NCBI GenBank assembly: GCA_964355175.1
Contig: CAYHBZ010000001.1
Location: 240,523 to 304,522 of the forward strand
DNA length: 64,000 nucleotides
Source: an uncultured Gammaproteobacteria bacterium
Lineage (GTDB): Bacteria > Patescibacteriota > Patescibacteriia > Magasanikbacterales > GWA2-37-8
Direction: 5' to 3'
Numbering within the stretch: the first letter of the stretch is position 1; each line of letters opens with the position of its first letter. A model generated the notes under the pieces. That model was not told where the DNA came from. It saw only the letters and a program-made list of their open reading frames with translations, and ran no database searches. The position numbers and the translations under genes were made by a program. Below, piece by piece: positions 10,800-21,195 of this stretch.

Positions 10800-12713
10800 C
10801 TAATTGGCTAAATAATATACCACAAATACATTATTTTTATAAAGTATAGGAAACGGCAAAGAATGTAAGGCGTAGGTAACTATAAATTTTAACTGTGGTG
10901 TTTCTAATTTAATTTTCAAAAAATCTTTTTCTTTTAATTCTAGATACTTTTTGGTAAGTACCAAATTTGGATCACTACAATAAATGTTGTATTTCTTCCA
11001 AAAATCTTTTCCAAATAATAATTCTCCGCGATAGAGTATTCTTTGAGCCATATCTTTGTCATGTTGCAAAAGTCCCAGATCTTCATTTATGAAATAAACC
11101 GGTTTTTGAAAAACTCTACGAAAATCATTCATATGAGGAAGTACAACCCATAGTCCATCTTCGTTATTGTTTATCATAAATGCCTGCAATGAAGCCAATT
11201 CAGCATTTGTATTGAAGGGAACGGTTAACCCTCCTAAGAAATTCTGATATTGATTTCTCTCAAGAATAATATTCTTATTTAAAAATCTCATCAATTGCAG
11301 AGGGGGTATGCTTACATATGAGGAAATATCGGTATTTTGTGAATATGTTTTATCTAAATTGATAAAAACATCATAAGATAGATTTAGATTTTCAAAAGAA
11401 AATTTATTATTAACGCCACTAATAATGCTATAATCATTATTAGCGGCTTGACTCATTAAAATATTTTTTTTTATTATTATATGCCACACCGACAAAAAAA
11501 ATATGATTGTAAGAAAAATTCCAAAACGCTCCTCACATCTATTGGTTTTGAGGCTGTTTATAACAATTGCTAATTTTTTAAATTTATTATAAAAATAATC
11601 TTTCCTAACTTCCAAAAAAGTTAATAAATACCTGGATAAAAATACTAGAGATAAAAACAAAAAAAATCTTACCCAACCATAACTTCTTGGCAATTGAATA
11701 TTAATATAATTTTTCACTATAAAATTAGGCAGGATATTTGAATAAATTTCTATCAATGCGCCAAAAACTGGAAGCAGCAACAGAACAAAACTTGTTATCA
11801 AAAAAGGCAAAAAGTTGGTAGGATATGGCTTATAAGCTTTTTGTTTATAAGTAATTATAAATAATGATAAAGTAGTTAAGAAAAATAATCCGTAAACTAG
11901 ATAATGCACTGCTCTAAAAGAACGAACTACAGACCATTCAAATACCAGCTTATTGGCTACAAAAAAATATTCACTTGTGCTTAGGAAAATCGGTTTTAAA
12001 TCTCCCCACTCGGGTTTGAAATAAAGCAAAAATGCTATATTAAAAATGATGGTCAAAATAAAAAAGCCAAAAAACTTCCAGTTAATTTTTTTATTCAAAA
12101 CTAAATATATAAAATATGACAAAAATATAATATGAATATAAAAAGCATTTAGAGGATGGACAAAAGACTGAAAAATTACAATCAAAATGGCCGACCAATA
12201 CCTTTCGCTTAATACCAAAAATAGAAATAGAAGGTTTAAAAACGCACTAACAAGACGGTAATTTAATTCCAAGTTAGCACTATAATCCCATACAGAAAAT
12301 TCAATCCCCATCAAAATAACTACCGCGGTCGCTGCTAGTAATTTTATGTTAAAATTTTTAGAATATCTTCCTAAAAGGATATTGGCGATTTTAAAAGTAA
12401 ATAGGTAGTTAGCGGCCTGCAACAAAGAAACAAGAAATCTCTCAAAAAAAGGAACTTTTTGAATAAAAGGACTAATGAAAAAAAATATATTGAATCTAGA
12501 AACCATAAAACGATTTTTAATATCGCTTAAGCCTACCGAATCTGGATAGAATAATTTATCTACAAACGGCCACTTATAAATATGCAAGGCGAATAAAAAA
12601 TAAACCAAAAAAATAGATAAAAAAAATAATATATCAAAAATACGTTCCTTGCTTGGCGCAAAAACGGATAAAAAATATTTTAGATATTTATTTTTAATAA
12701 AATTTTGATTCAT
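10800..12713 (-). CDS. Polytopic membrane protein, distant paralogue of the neighbouring gene
   Basis: Many TM segments, HP motif, similar C-terminus (FPILYKNNVFVVY vs FPVLYSNAGYKVY). Confidence 0.6.
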   Translation of the reverse strand: MNQNFIKNKYLKYFLSVFAPSKERIFDILFFLSIFLVYFLFALHIYKWPFVDKLFYPDSVGLSDIKNRFMVSRFNIFFFISPFIQKVPFFERFLVSLLQAANYLFTFKIANILLGRYSKNFNIKLLAATAVVILMGIEFSVWDYSANLELNYRLVSAFLNLLFLFLVLSERYWSAILIVIFQSFVHPLNAFYIHIIFLSYFIYLVLNKKINWKFFGFFILTIIFNIAFLLYFKPEWGDLKPIFLSTSEYFFVANKLVFEWSVVRSFRAVHYLVYGLFFLTTLSLFIITYKQKAYKPYPTNFLPFLITSFVLLLLPVFGALIEIYSNILPNFIVKNYINIQLPRSYGWVRFFLFLSLVFLSRYLLTFLEVRKDYFYNKFKKLAIVINSLKTNRCEERFGIFLTIIFFLSVWHIIIKKNILMSQAANNDYSIISGVNNKFSFENLNLSYDVFINLDKTYSQNTDISSYVSIPPLQLMRFLNKNIILERNQYQNFLGGLTVPFNTNAELASLQAFMINNNEDGLWVVLPHMNDFRRVFQKPVYFINEDLGLLQHDKDMAQRILYRGELLFGKDFWKKYNIYCSDPNLVLTKKYLELKEKDFLKIKLETPQLKFIVTYALHSLPFPILYKNNVFVVYYLAN

Positions 12714-12721
12714 GCTTTATA

Positions 12722-13759
12722 TTAAAAAAACATCTTAAAAAATGAAAGTGCGCCCTGTTTCCAAGGTACTCGATGAGATACGCCAGACTGACCTTTAAAT
12801 TTTTCTAAATTAGCCAAATACCAATCATAATTTCGCACCAATGCCTGCTTATTGGAAAATTTTGGTGCATACCCCAAGACTCTTTGGGCTTTTTCTATTG
12901 AAACAAAGCTGTCTTTTGAAGCGGTTTCATATACCCATTTATAAAGAGGAGACAGATGAAAAGCCTCAAGAAACCGCAACATCAGAATCATAGGCCAAGC
13001 AGGAAACCCAACTATTTTTTTATTAAAACCAGCCTTATCCAATACGGCCTGATAGTCTTCTTTCATGGTGGTAAATTCTTTGGCGCCAATATTAAAAGTA
13101 TCGTTGACTTTTTCTTTAGGCAAAGTAGCGCATAAGTAGATAGCGTCACAAAGATCTTCTACATCGAGCAGTTGATAACGGTTGTGACCACTTCCGATCA
13201 TTGGAAAATTTTTGCCGTCTTTGGCCCAATCATAAAATAAAGCAAATACGCCCAAACGTTCCGGTCCAATAAATGATTTAGGCCTGATAATTGGCACACA
13301 CATGCCCTGACGGGCCGATTCTAAACAGGCGATCTCAGCTAAAATTTTAGCCTGCCCATAAGGTCCTACCCCTTCTAGCTTATCATCTTCCGCGAGCGGA
13401 TGATGGTCAGGAATACCATAAACGGCCGTAGAAGAAACATGGATGACCCTGTCCACTTGGTGATTTTTGGCGCTAAGTAAAATATTTTTGGTGCCTTGAA
13501 CATCAGTAGAAAATATATCTTCTTCTTTATAAAGTGGCAAAGCCGCGGCGCAATGAATTACCACATCCACTCCGATCATTGCTTGGTCGACTTGTTCCAT
13601 ATTCCTAGTATCATATACAAGCGCTTCGATTTTATCTTTTTCAGGATAATCAAACGGCATAATATCAAGTGATCTTACCACGTGACCTTTACTCAATAAA
13701 TATCTAACTAAACTTATTCCTAAAAAGCCAGATCCACCTGTAATTAAATAACGAGACAT
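12722..13759 (-). CDS. NAD-dependent epimerase/dehydratase
   Basis: ITGGSGFLG, SSTAVYG, YGQAK (YxxxK). Confidence 0.92.
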   Translation of the reverse strand: MSRYLITGGSGFLGISLVRYLLSKGHVVRSLDIMPFDYPEKDKIEALVYDTRNMEQVDQAMIGVDVVIHCAAALPLYKEEDIFSTDVQGTKNILLSAKNHQVDRVIHVSSTAVYGIPDHHPLAEDDKLEGVGPYGQAKILAEIACLESARQGMCVPIIRPKSFIGPERLGVFALFYDWAKDGKNFPMIGSGHNRYQLLDVEDLCDAIYLCATLPKEKVNDTFNIGAKEFTTMKEDYQAVLDKAGFNKKIVGFPAWPMILMLRFLEAFHLSPLYKWVYETASKDSFVSIEKAQRVLGYAPKFSNKQALVRNYDWYLANLEKFKGQSGVSHRVPWKQGALSFFKMFF

Positions 13760-13762
13760 AGA

Positions 13763-15064
13763 TTAAAAATAAAAAATACAAAACATAAATATTAACCAAG
13801 ATAACACACTTAAAAAAATAGTCTTGTCTTTATAAAATAATTTTTCAGGAAATTCTGCACCATGAGAAGTATGCACAATATTGAGATAGCGAAAGATGCC
13901 AATAATTACAAAAACGATGGAATAAACCGTAAGATCGGAAGTAACTCCCAAGATCGTATAGATCCCATATATCACTAAAGTCAACGAAGCGGCGATGGAT
14001 AATAGGTGGTCAAGAAGACTAAGGTTGTAACTTTTTAAAACCGTTCGAATATTAGAACCAGCTAACTCACTTCTTCTTTTACCCACCGTAATAAATAGCG
14101 CCACAAAAATTACCATTAGTATTAGCCAACGAGAAATAAAAGTGTCAGTGGCCAAACCACCAGCAACTACGCGCAAAAGATAACAGAGCGATACGCAAAT
14201 AAGATCAAAAATCGCTACATTTTTAATATAAAAAGAATAAACTAAATTTATAACCAGGTATAAAAATATAGGCAATATAATAGAAGCAGCAAACATATAT
14301 ACTACCCAAGCTCCCACCAAAAAAAGCACCGCGGCTATGCCTACCGCCTCTCTTAGAGAAACAGCGCCGCTGGCAATTGGTCGAACACATTTGAGCGGAT
14401 GACGAGCGTCTACTTCTCTATCCGCGATATCATTTACGACATAAACCAAGCTGGCAAAAAAACAGAAGGCTACAAAGGCTGCAAGCGCTTCTTCAAATTT
14501 TGATGAAAAAAATAATTCCTTGGCGAAAAAAATCGGTATAAATACGGCTAAATTCTTTATCCATTGTTGCGGCCTCATCAATAAAAGATAATTTCTAAAT
14601 TTACTAATAAATCCGATCATATATTTAAAAATATCGTCAATCAAATAAGTAATTTTGGTAAATACACTGTCGTTATCTGATTTTATTCTAGACACATAGA
14701 TAAAATCTGCTTCAATATTATAGGCAAACCGTGCATCAGTAAGATATTTATCCCCAATAACCAGGGAATCCAAATTTTGCTCATTTTTTACCAAATCTAA
14801 TATTTTTTTATTTGGTTTTCGGTAAGTGGTATCTAAAAAAATAGCGCCGCTTAGACTTTCAATTTTTAGATTTCTATTATTTTTATTTTTTTTATTTGAA
14901 CATAAATAAACTTTATTTTTGGTAACCAGCTCTTTGATTTTATTAATTAAATGAACTTCGACTTCATCGCGGCCATCGGAAGTAATAGTGCCGTCAATAT
15001 CCAAAAAAATAATTTTATTCTCAATCTTATTCGTATCTATATCCGCAAAAGAAGTTGGCTTCAT
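13763..15064 (-). CDS. HAD-IIIA phosphatase fused to UbiA-family polyprenyl-phosphate phosphoribosyltransferase
   Basis: N-term FLDIDGT, RKP, IGDKYLTD; C-term RPQQWIKN, YVVNDIADREVDARHP.K..RPIASG, GKRRSEL. Confidence 0.85.
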   Translation of the reverse strand: MKPTSFADIDTNKIENKIIFLDIDGTITSDGRDEVEVHLINKIKELVTKNKVYLCSNKKNKNNRNLKIESLSGAIFLDTTYRKPNKKILDLVKNEQNLDSLVIGDKYLTDARFAYNIEADFIYVSRIKSDNDSVFTKITYLIDDIFKYMIGFISKFRNYLLLMRPQQWIKNLAVFIPIFFAKELFFSSKFEEALAAFVAFCFFASLVYVVNDIADREVDARHPLKCVRPIASGAVSLREAVGIAAVLFLVGAWVVYMFAASIILPIFLYLVINLVYSFYIKNVAIFDLICVSLCYLLRVVAGGLATDTFISRWLILMVIFVALFITVGKRRSELAGSNIRTVLKSYNLSLLDHLLSIAASLTLVIYGIYTILGVTSDLTVYSIVFVIIGIFRYLNIVHTSHGAEFPEKLFYKDKTIFLSVLSWLIFMFCIFYF

Positions 15065-15068
15065 AAAA

Positions 15069-15650
15069 TCATTTTTTAGCGACTATAAAAAAACTCAGGT
15101 AACCATCCGGCGAAGCATTCACTTCTTCAATAGTCATTTTTAATTCCGTGCTTAAAAAGGAAGTAATCACAGTTGGATCTGGCGCCCATAAATGTTGCTT
15201 ATTTATTCCCACGGCCCACATGGCGCAAACCGGATGCGGCAAGTAAAGACAAATATTTCCACCTATTTTAGTTACCCGATGCCATTCTCTAAGCGCCTCT
15301 TTCCAATCAGCCAGATGCTCCAAATTATGGGAAGAAAATACAAAATCCAAAGAGCTGTCTGCTTCTTTAATTTTATATGCGTTTTCATCTACATTATCCT
15401 CAATGGCTTTGGCGTTGTTAAAAGGCCATCTACCCGCCCCAACATCGACTCCCCTGCCTTGGCAATATTTCAAAGCTGACCACTTTACCGCTTCGGCCAT
15501 ATTACCTTTTTTTAAGTAATCAGGGTAAAACTTGCTGGCCTTGTAATAATCCAAACCACTAATTCTAGATCGAACATCTCCAAAGAAAAAGTAGTAAATA
15601 TCGTAAAAAAATGAAAGGATATAACTAATTAGATATTTAAAATATTTCAT
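15069..15650 (-). CDS. Class I SAM-dependent methyltransferase
   Basis: GVDVGAG, DFVFSSHNLEHL. Confidence 0.85.
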   Translation of the reverse strand: MKYFKYLISYILSFFYDIYYFFFGDVRSRISGLDYYKASKFYPDYLKKGNMAEAVKWSALKYCQGRGVDVGAGRWPFNNAKAIEDNVDENAYKIKEADSSLDFVFSSHNLEHLADWKEALREWHRVTKIGGNICLYLPHPVCAMWAVGINKQHLWAPDPTVITSFLSTELKMTIEEVNASPDGYLSFFIVAKK

Positions 15651-15655
15651 AGCCA

Positions 15656-16765
15656 CTATTTAAGTAATAAATCTTGAATTGCCTTAACGACTTGCTCCAC
15701 AGTGATCCGGGAAATATATTTTTTCACCTCGCTTACCCTTACCGGACCCAAGCCGTTATAAAGGCACACAGGTGGAGGTGGATTCAGATAAACTGCTGAG
15801 AGTTTATTGGCTGAATTAGACAAAAATGGTAAACGTAATTTGGGATCTACCGTTATAAATATAGAAACTGATCTTGGAGCCAAAATATAAGCCAAATGAC
15901 TTGGGCCAGAATCCAAACCTAAATAAAATTTTGATCGCGCCAAGATATAAGCGGTTTGAGGCAAAGTGGTAATTCCAGATAGATTGACTACCCGATCACC
16001 AAATCTCTTTAGTAAGCTCATATAGGTATCGGCCAGATCTGTGTTTTCCTTACTACTATCACCAATAATTATCAATTTATCGACTAAATTTTTATCAAGC
16101 ACCAGACTAATTACTTCCACGAATTTTTCCACCGGCCATTGTCTGTCTGGCCATTTGGACAAAGCCCCCAAGACAAAATATTTATATCCACCCAATAGAT
16201 TATCAAATAAGTCCGGCTTGTCTTGTTTAATTTCTGGATAAATTAAATTATTTTCTTTAATAATTTTAGGATCTAATTCTCGTTTAGCAGCCTCTCCTAA
16301 CAGACCAACCAATTTGAGTGTTCTATGTAAATAATGTTCGCCGCGCAGATCGTATCCACATTTTTTTTGAAAAAAATTTGATTGGCTAATTGGCTTGACA
16401 AAATAACCAAACCAGTATCTCGATTTCAAAATATATTTAAGATGTTTTAAATTTAAAGTGGGAGAAATTACCAAGTCAAAATTTTCATCTTTCAACTTTT
16501 TATAATTTATAAATTCTATCCCTTCAAAATTCACTATTGGTGGCACCGTAGTTATTAGACTAATTTTTGCTTGTGGAAAAATATTTTTAATATATTGAAT
16601 GGCTGGAGATAACATAATCAGATCACCAATGCCAAGAGGTGGCAAAAAGAGGACACCAATATTACTAATTTCCCCCAATGTTTTTTTCTTAAATGAACAT
16701 AATTCCAAAAATATGAATAAAATATTCATCGCTAAAATTTTTATATACAATTTAATTTTATTCAT
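15656..16765 (-). CDS. Glycosyltransferase family 9 (heptosyltransferase-like)
   Basis: GIGDLIM..P, RQWPVEKF, NLSGITTL, GLDSGPSHLA. Confidence 0.9.
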   Translation of the reverse strand: MNKIKLYIKILAMNILFIFLELCSFKKKTLGEISNIGVLFLPPLGIGDLIMLSPAIQYIKNIFPQAKISLITTVPPIVNFEGIEFINYKKLKDENFDLVISPTLNLKHLKYILKSRYWFGYFVKPISQSNFFQKKCGYDLRGEHYLHRTLKLVGLLGEAAKRELDPKIIKENNLIYPEIKQDKPDLFDNLLGGYKYFVLGALSKWPDRQWPVEKFVEVISLVLDKNLVDKLIIIGDSSKENTDLADTYMSLLKRFGDRVVNLSGITTLPQTAYILARSKFYLGLDSGPSHLAYILAPRSVSIFITVDPKLRLPFLSNSANKLSAVYLNPPPPVCLYNGLGPVRVSEVKKYISRITVEQVVKAIQDLLLK

Positions 16766-16772
16766 AACTAAA

Positions 16773-17822
16773 CTACGCATTTGAAATATATTTAGCAACA
16801 TCCAATAAATCATTTGCCATAAAATCTGCTTTTATTTCAAACTCTTTATCAGCACAAGCGTGGCCAGTTTTTACTCCAATGGTTTTACATCCCGCGGATT
16901 GACCAGCAAGAATATCCGAGGTTTTGTCGCCAACAATAAAACACTTACTAAAATCCAAATCCAACTCTTCTTTTCCTCTTTCCAATAAACCTGTTTTTGG
17001 CTTACGACAATTACAATTATCTCTTTTTGAATGTGGACAAAAATATATTTTATCAATTATGATTCCATTTTGATCACACTCTTTTAACATTACTCTATTA
17101 ACTTTATAAAAATCTTCTTTGGTGAAGTAACCTAGACCTATACCTGCTTGCGTTGTAATGACTATGATTTTATATCCTAAATCTTGCATTTTTTTCATTC
17201 CGGCTAAAGCATTTTTTTCAAAAACAAATTTTTCAGGTTCATGCAAATATTCGATTTCTTTGTTTATCACACCATCTCTATCCAAAAAAACGGCCTTTTG
17301 TTGAACGCGCTTATCTTCTTTAACACTAGTGTCGGTTACGCCAGTATATAATTTTAGAATTTTTTCGATCAACTTTGATGTAGAAATTCCATCTACAGCT
17401 GGCAATACAATTACTTCACCACCTTTATCTTTTATAATACCTGCGCTAGTCAATTGTTCTGGTGTATAATCTCCGGCTTTAAAGTAATAATCAGGCTGTA
17501 ATAGCTCCAAATTTTTTGCATTCCTTCTTTCTTCAAACAAAAAAACATAATCAATACTACTTAAAGCAGCCATAACTCTTAACCTGTCTTCTTCCCCCAC
17601 CAAAGGTCTTTTCTCTCCCTTATAAATTTTTACTGAGCTATCAGAGTTGATACCGGCCACTAAAACATCACACTGATTTTTTGCCTGCTCAAGAAAAGAA
17701 ACATGGCCGGCATGTAAAATATCAAAAACACCGCTGGTAAAACCTATTTTTTTACCGCCCTTTCTTTGTTCATCTAAAATTTTTACCAAATCTTCTCTAC
17801 TAACAATTTTACTTGCAATCAT
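16773..17822 (-). CDS. Fusion of heptose-1-phosphate adenylyltransferase (HldC/RfaE-II) and heptose-1,7-bisphosphate phosphatase (GmhB)
   Basis: N-term FTSGVFDILHAGH, NSDSSVK..KG..RP; C-term FLDRDGVI, CPH..DNCNCRKP, VGDKTSDI. Confidence 0.92.
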   Translation of the reverse strand: MIASKIVSREDLVKILDEQRKGGKKIGFTSGVFDILHAGHVSFLEQAKNQCDVLVAGINSDSSVKIYKGEKRPLVGEEDRLRVMAALSSIDYVFLFEERRNAKNLELLQPDYYFKAGDYTPEQLTSAGIIKDKGGEVIVLPAVDGISTSKLIEKILKLYTGVTDTSVKEDKRVQQKAVFLDRDGVINKEIEYLHEPEKFVFEKNALAGMKKMQDLGYKIIVITTQAGIGLGYFTKEDFYKVNRVMLKECDQNGIIIDKIYFCPHSKRDNCNCRKPKTGLLERGKEELDLDFSKCFIVGDKTSDILAGQSAGCKTIGVKTGHACADKEFEIKADFMANDLLDVAKYISNA

Positions 17823-17837
17823 ATAAATACTGACTTT

Positions 17838-19142
17838 TTAATTTTCCATCTTTCTACTATCCTCCACACGATATGAATCAGATTCTTCATGATGGGTACT
17901 TATCTCCAAAATCTCAGAATCTTCCAAACCACCAAATCGATGTTTGACTCCCGGTAAAATTCTAATAAAATTACCGGCGGTCATTGTTAGTATTTCGGAG
18001 CCAGCTTCCACTCTTACTTTACCTTTTAATATTAAAAATGTCTCATCTTTATTTTTATGATAATGCAAACTACATTGATAACCCTTGTTTAAAACCAATA
18101 TTTTACTACAATATTTATCATTATTTTCTATCCATTTTTCATATCCCCATACTTTGGAATAAATATTGAGATCATCAATATGCATACCATCTCCACCAAG
18201 TAAAGTTCTAATTTCATCAATGGTCACAGTGGCGGTACCAATTTTTTGCACCACCAATTGCGCGCCGTAGTTAGCCAATTGGGCCGCTTCTACGAAGTTG
18301 GCTCCAGATAAAATTGCCAAAAAAGCCACCGCCACTACCGTATCACCTGCCCCAGAAACATCGCAAACCTTAACTTTATGGACCAACAGATGGTTTATAT
18401 TTTCCTGCTTATCTATCGCTAAAATACCATTACTACCCATAGTCAAAAGAATATTGGAATAGTTCATTTTTGATAATTTCAATCCAGCTTCCTGTGCCTC
18501 CTTGGCACCGGTTATTTCAAGAGCTTCTTTAAGATTGGGAGTGAGATAATCCACGCCCACAAAATTAGCACTATTTTGTGGTTTAATATCAGCGATAATA
18601 ATTTTATCTTTCTCTTTGATAGCTTTAATTATTTTAGAAGTAAAATCGGCGGAAAAAAGTCCTTTGGCATAATCCGACAATACTACACCATCACACCAAT
18701 CTATCTTTTCTAAAATTTTATTGAACAAAACAGACTCTTGTTCGGAATTAAAACCATCAACCACTTCTTCATCAGCCCGCAAAATCTGCTGATTGCCGGC
18801 TATATATCGGTGCTTAATGGTAGTAGTACGATTTTCAAGCATAATCACACAATCGTGATTTATTCCAAATTTTTCCAACATCCCTAATATTCTCTCCCCA
18901 CCCTCATCATCCCCCATAAAACCAGCCAGGCTTACTTGAGCTCCCAACGACAATAAATTATTTGAGACATTTGAAGCCCCACCTAAAATAAATTTATCCT
19001 CAGTATTGTTCAGAACTGGGACTGGCGCCTCCGGAGAAATTCTATTAACTTGGCCGTAAGTATACCAGTCCAACATAATATCACCGATGACCAAAACATT
19101 TTTTGTTTTAAATTTATCCACTATTTTAATTAGATTATTCAT
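17838..19142 (-). CDS. Heptose-7-phosphate kinase (HldA/RfaE-I) fused to a C-terminal cupin
   Basis: GDIMLD, RISPEAPVPV, LSDYAKG, TPNLKE, DVSGAGDTV; C-term SLHYHKNKDETF...PGVKHRF cupin. Confidence 0.92.
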   Translation of the reverse strand: MNNLIKIVDKFKTKNVLVIGDIMLDWYTYGQVNRISPEAPVPVLNNTEDKFILGGASNVSNNLLSLGAQVSLAGFMGDDEGGERILGMLEKFGINHDCVIMLENRTTTIKHRYIAGNQQILRADEEVVDGFNSEQESVLFNKILEKIDWCDGVVLSDYAKGLFSADFTSKIIKAIKEKDKIIIADIKPQNSANFVGVDYLTPNLKEALEITGAKEAQEAGLKLSKMNYSNILLTMGSNGILAIDKQENINHLLVHKVKVCDVSGAGDTVVAVAFLAILSGANFVEAAQLANYGAQLVVQKIGTATVTIDEIRTLLGGDGMHIDDLNIYSKVWGYEKWIENNDKYCSKILVLNKGYQCSLHYHKNKDETFLILKGKVRVEAGSEILTMTAGNFIRILPGVKHRFGGLEDSEILEISTHHEESDSYRVEDSRKMEN

Positions 19143-19149
19143 ATCAACT

Positions 19150-21192
19150 TTATTTTTTCTTTATATTACTTACAGAGCTACTTGGTAAAATAAATTGATC
19201 AATAATTTGCTGACCCTGTTCATCAAAGATGACACCTCGGTCGTTGGCAAGCTTCAAAATATTTTTAGCCTTATCCAACTGATTATTAACTTTATAAAGA
19301 TAGGCCAAGCGCCAGTAACCCTCGCCAATTTTTGGATTATCCTCAATAGATTGTTCCAATAATCTGACCCCTTCTGTCATTTTATTTAATTGCATCTTAA
19401 CAGCGGCCAAACCATATATTATTTGTTGCCTTCTAGGCGATTTTCTCAAAGCATCTTCCAAAACACTTTCTGATTTAAAAACGTATGAACTATTATTATT
19501 TACAATCGCTCCTAGCTGATAAACTTGAGATAAAGTGAGTTGATTTCTGATATCCAGAGGATGCAACAATAAATTTTTCTCCAAATTTTGAATTACTAAA
19601 TCCAACAACTCGTTGGTTTTGTCTTTGCCGATCTTTTGCCAACCACTCGATAAAATTTGAATTATAGTGCGACTCATATCGCTTCTAATATCATCGACGT
19701 GCGGAGAAGAGAAGGCCAAAGCCTCACGAGCGGTCGGTATACCCACCACCGGGTCTTGAGATAAAGCCCGCACCGCGCTCAAAGTTTTATTATTGGCTCG
19801 AGCCGGTTGAATATTAAAAATAAAAATTATAATAAACAAACCCAAACCCATTGTAACCAATGTTCCTGGGCCAATATTTTTATCCGCTCTTATCGGAGCA
19901 TTGGCTGTAAACCCGTTTACCATGGCCGTCACTAAAGCCAACCAAAACATGAAATATAAATATGAAGTGGGATTTTCAAATACCGTAATGTTACTAACAA
20001 AATGAGCAACTAGAAAAGAGCCTCCAATTATCATAAAGTGATAATTTATCATATTTCTTTGCCAGGCTTTTACTAAGGCTAATATAGCCAACACAAACAT
20101 CCCTAAATAAGCCAGCAAGCCAACAAAACCTTGTACTGTTAAAGTATTGACCAAAATATTATGAGCGTTATCAAACCATGTTTCACCATATCCAAAGTTC
20201 AGAGACCTTGGATTATAATGAGCATTGAACGCATAAAAATAATTATTTGGACCCCACCCGAATATTGGCTTTTCCTTCCAACTTTGGATAGAAATTTCCC
20301 AAGCAATCCAACGCGGGCTGGCTTGAATTTCAGCCAAAGAAGTATTTACGGCGCGACCAATAGCCGGTAAATTAGTAACAAAATCACTATTTTTAAAAGT
20401 ATAAAGTAGAGAAACGCCAACCACACCCACAACTACTAGACCCACTAGCCCCCATCTAGCTTTGGGATTATTTTTTAAAACTATAATATAAAAAATACTA
20501 GCAAACACCGCGGCTGCGACCAAACCAAGCAAAGCGCCTCTGGTTCCACTCCAAAATATTCCCATAAAGCTAAAGAATACGCTTATGCCATAAAATATTT
20601 TCCATAAACTATTTTTCTCACGACTAAAGAGCAATATGGACAAAAAGGTCAAAAATAACCCGTATCCACCCACATAAATAGCATTTCCCAACGTACTAGC
20701 CACACGAATTGCCCCATTATTCAAAAGTAGATTTGGGTTCTCTGTCTGTAGCCAAGCGATAAACATGACCATACCCCCACCCAAAAGAAAGACTCTGCCA
20801 GCCCATTTCCAATCTTCCCAATCTTTCAAAACACTCGCCAAGATAATATAGTAAATAAAATAATGAATTAAAGTAAATAGCCCCAACATTCTTTCATGAT
20901 TATCCCAAAAACTATGATACACATCCACGCCAACAAAGGTGGAGACAGCAAAACTCAGAAGAAAAGCCGACAAACCAATAATTATATAATTAAGTTTTGG
21001 TTTGTATTGATCCCAATTGATATATAACAAAATCAAATAAGCAAATAACATTACTTCCACTATTGTTCTAAAAAAAATTATTTTCGGCACAATGAAGGGA
21101 AATATAAAAGAACTCGGAACAACCAATAATGGAAGAAAAAAGGTTGTGTAGATTAATAGCTTTAAAAAATTTTCCAATCTCGTTTTTAACAT
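19150..21192 (-). CDS. O-antigen ligase / O-oligosaccharyltransferase family protein with C-terminal TPR
   Basis: ERMLGL, STLGN, GTRGA, FGWGPNNY, DNAHN; TPR-like C-terminus. Confidence 0.85.
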   Translation of the reverse strand: MLKTRLENFLKLLIYTTFFLPLLVVPSSFIFPFIVPKIIFFRTIVEVMLFAYLILLYINWDQYKPKLNYIIIGLSAFLLSFAVSTFVGVDVYHSFWDNHERMLGLFTLIHYFIYYIILASVLKDWEDWKWAGRVFLLGGGMVMFIAWLQTENPNLLLNNGAIRVASTLGNAIYVGGYGLFLTFLSILLFSREKNSLWKIFYGISVFFSFMGIFWSGTRGALLGLVAAAVFASIFYIIVLKNNPKARWGLVGLVVVGVVGVSLLYTFKNSDFVTNLPAIGRAVNTSLAEIQASPRWIAWEISIQSWKEKPIFGWGPNNYFYAFNAHYNPRSLNFGYGETWFDNAHNILVNTLTVQGFVGLLAYLGMFVLAILALVKAWQRNMINYHFMIIGGSFLVAHFVSNITVFENPTSYLYFMFWLALVTAMVNGFTANAPIRADKNIGPGTLVTMGLGLFIIIFIFNIQPARANNKTLSAVRALSQDPVVGIPTAREALAFSSPHVDDIRSDMSRTIIQILSSGWQKIGKDKTNELLDLVIQNLEKNLLLHPLDIRNQLTLSQVYQLGAIVNNNSSYVFKSESVLEDALRKSPRRQQIIYGLAAVKMQLNKMTEGVRLLEQSIEDNPKIGEGYWRLAYLYKVNNQLDKAKNILKLANDRGVIFDEQGQQIIDQFILPSSSVSNIKKK

Positions 21193-21195
21193 ATA

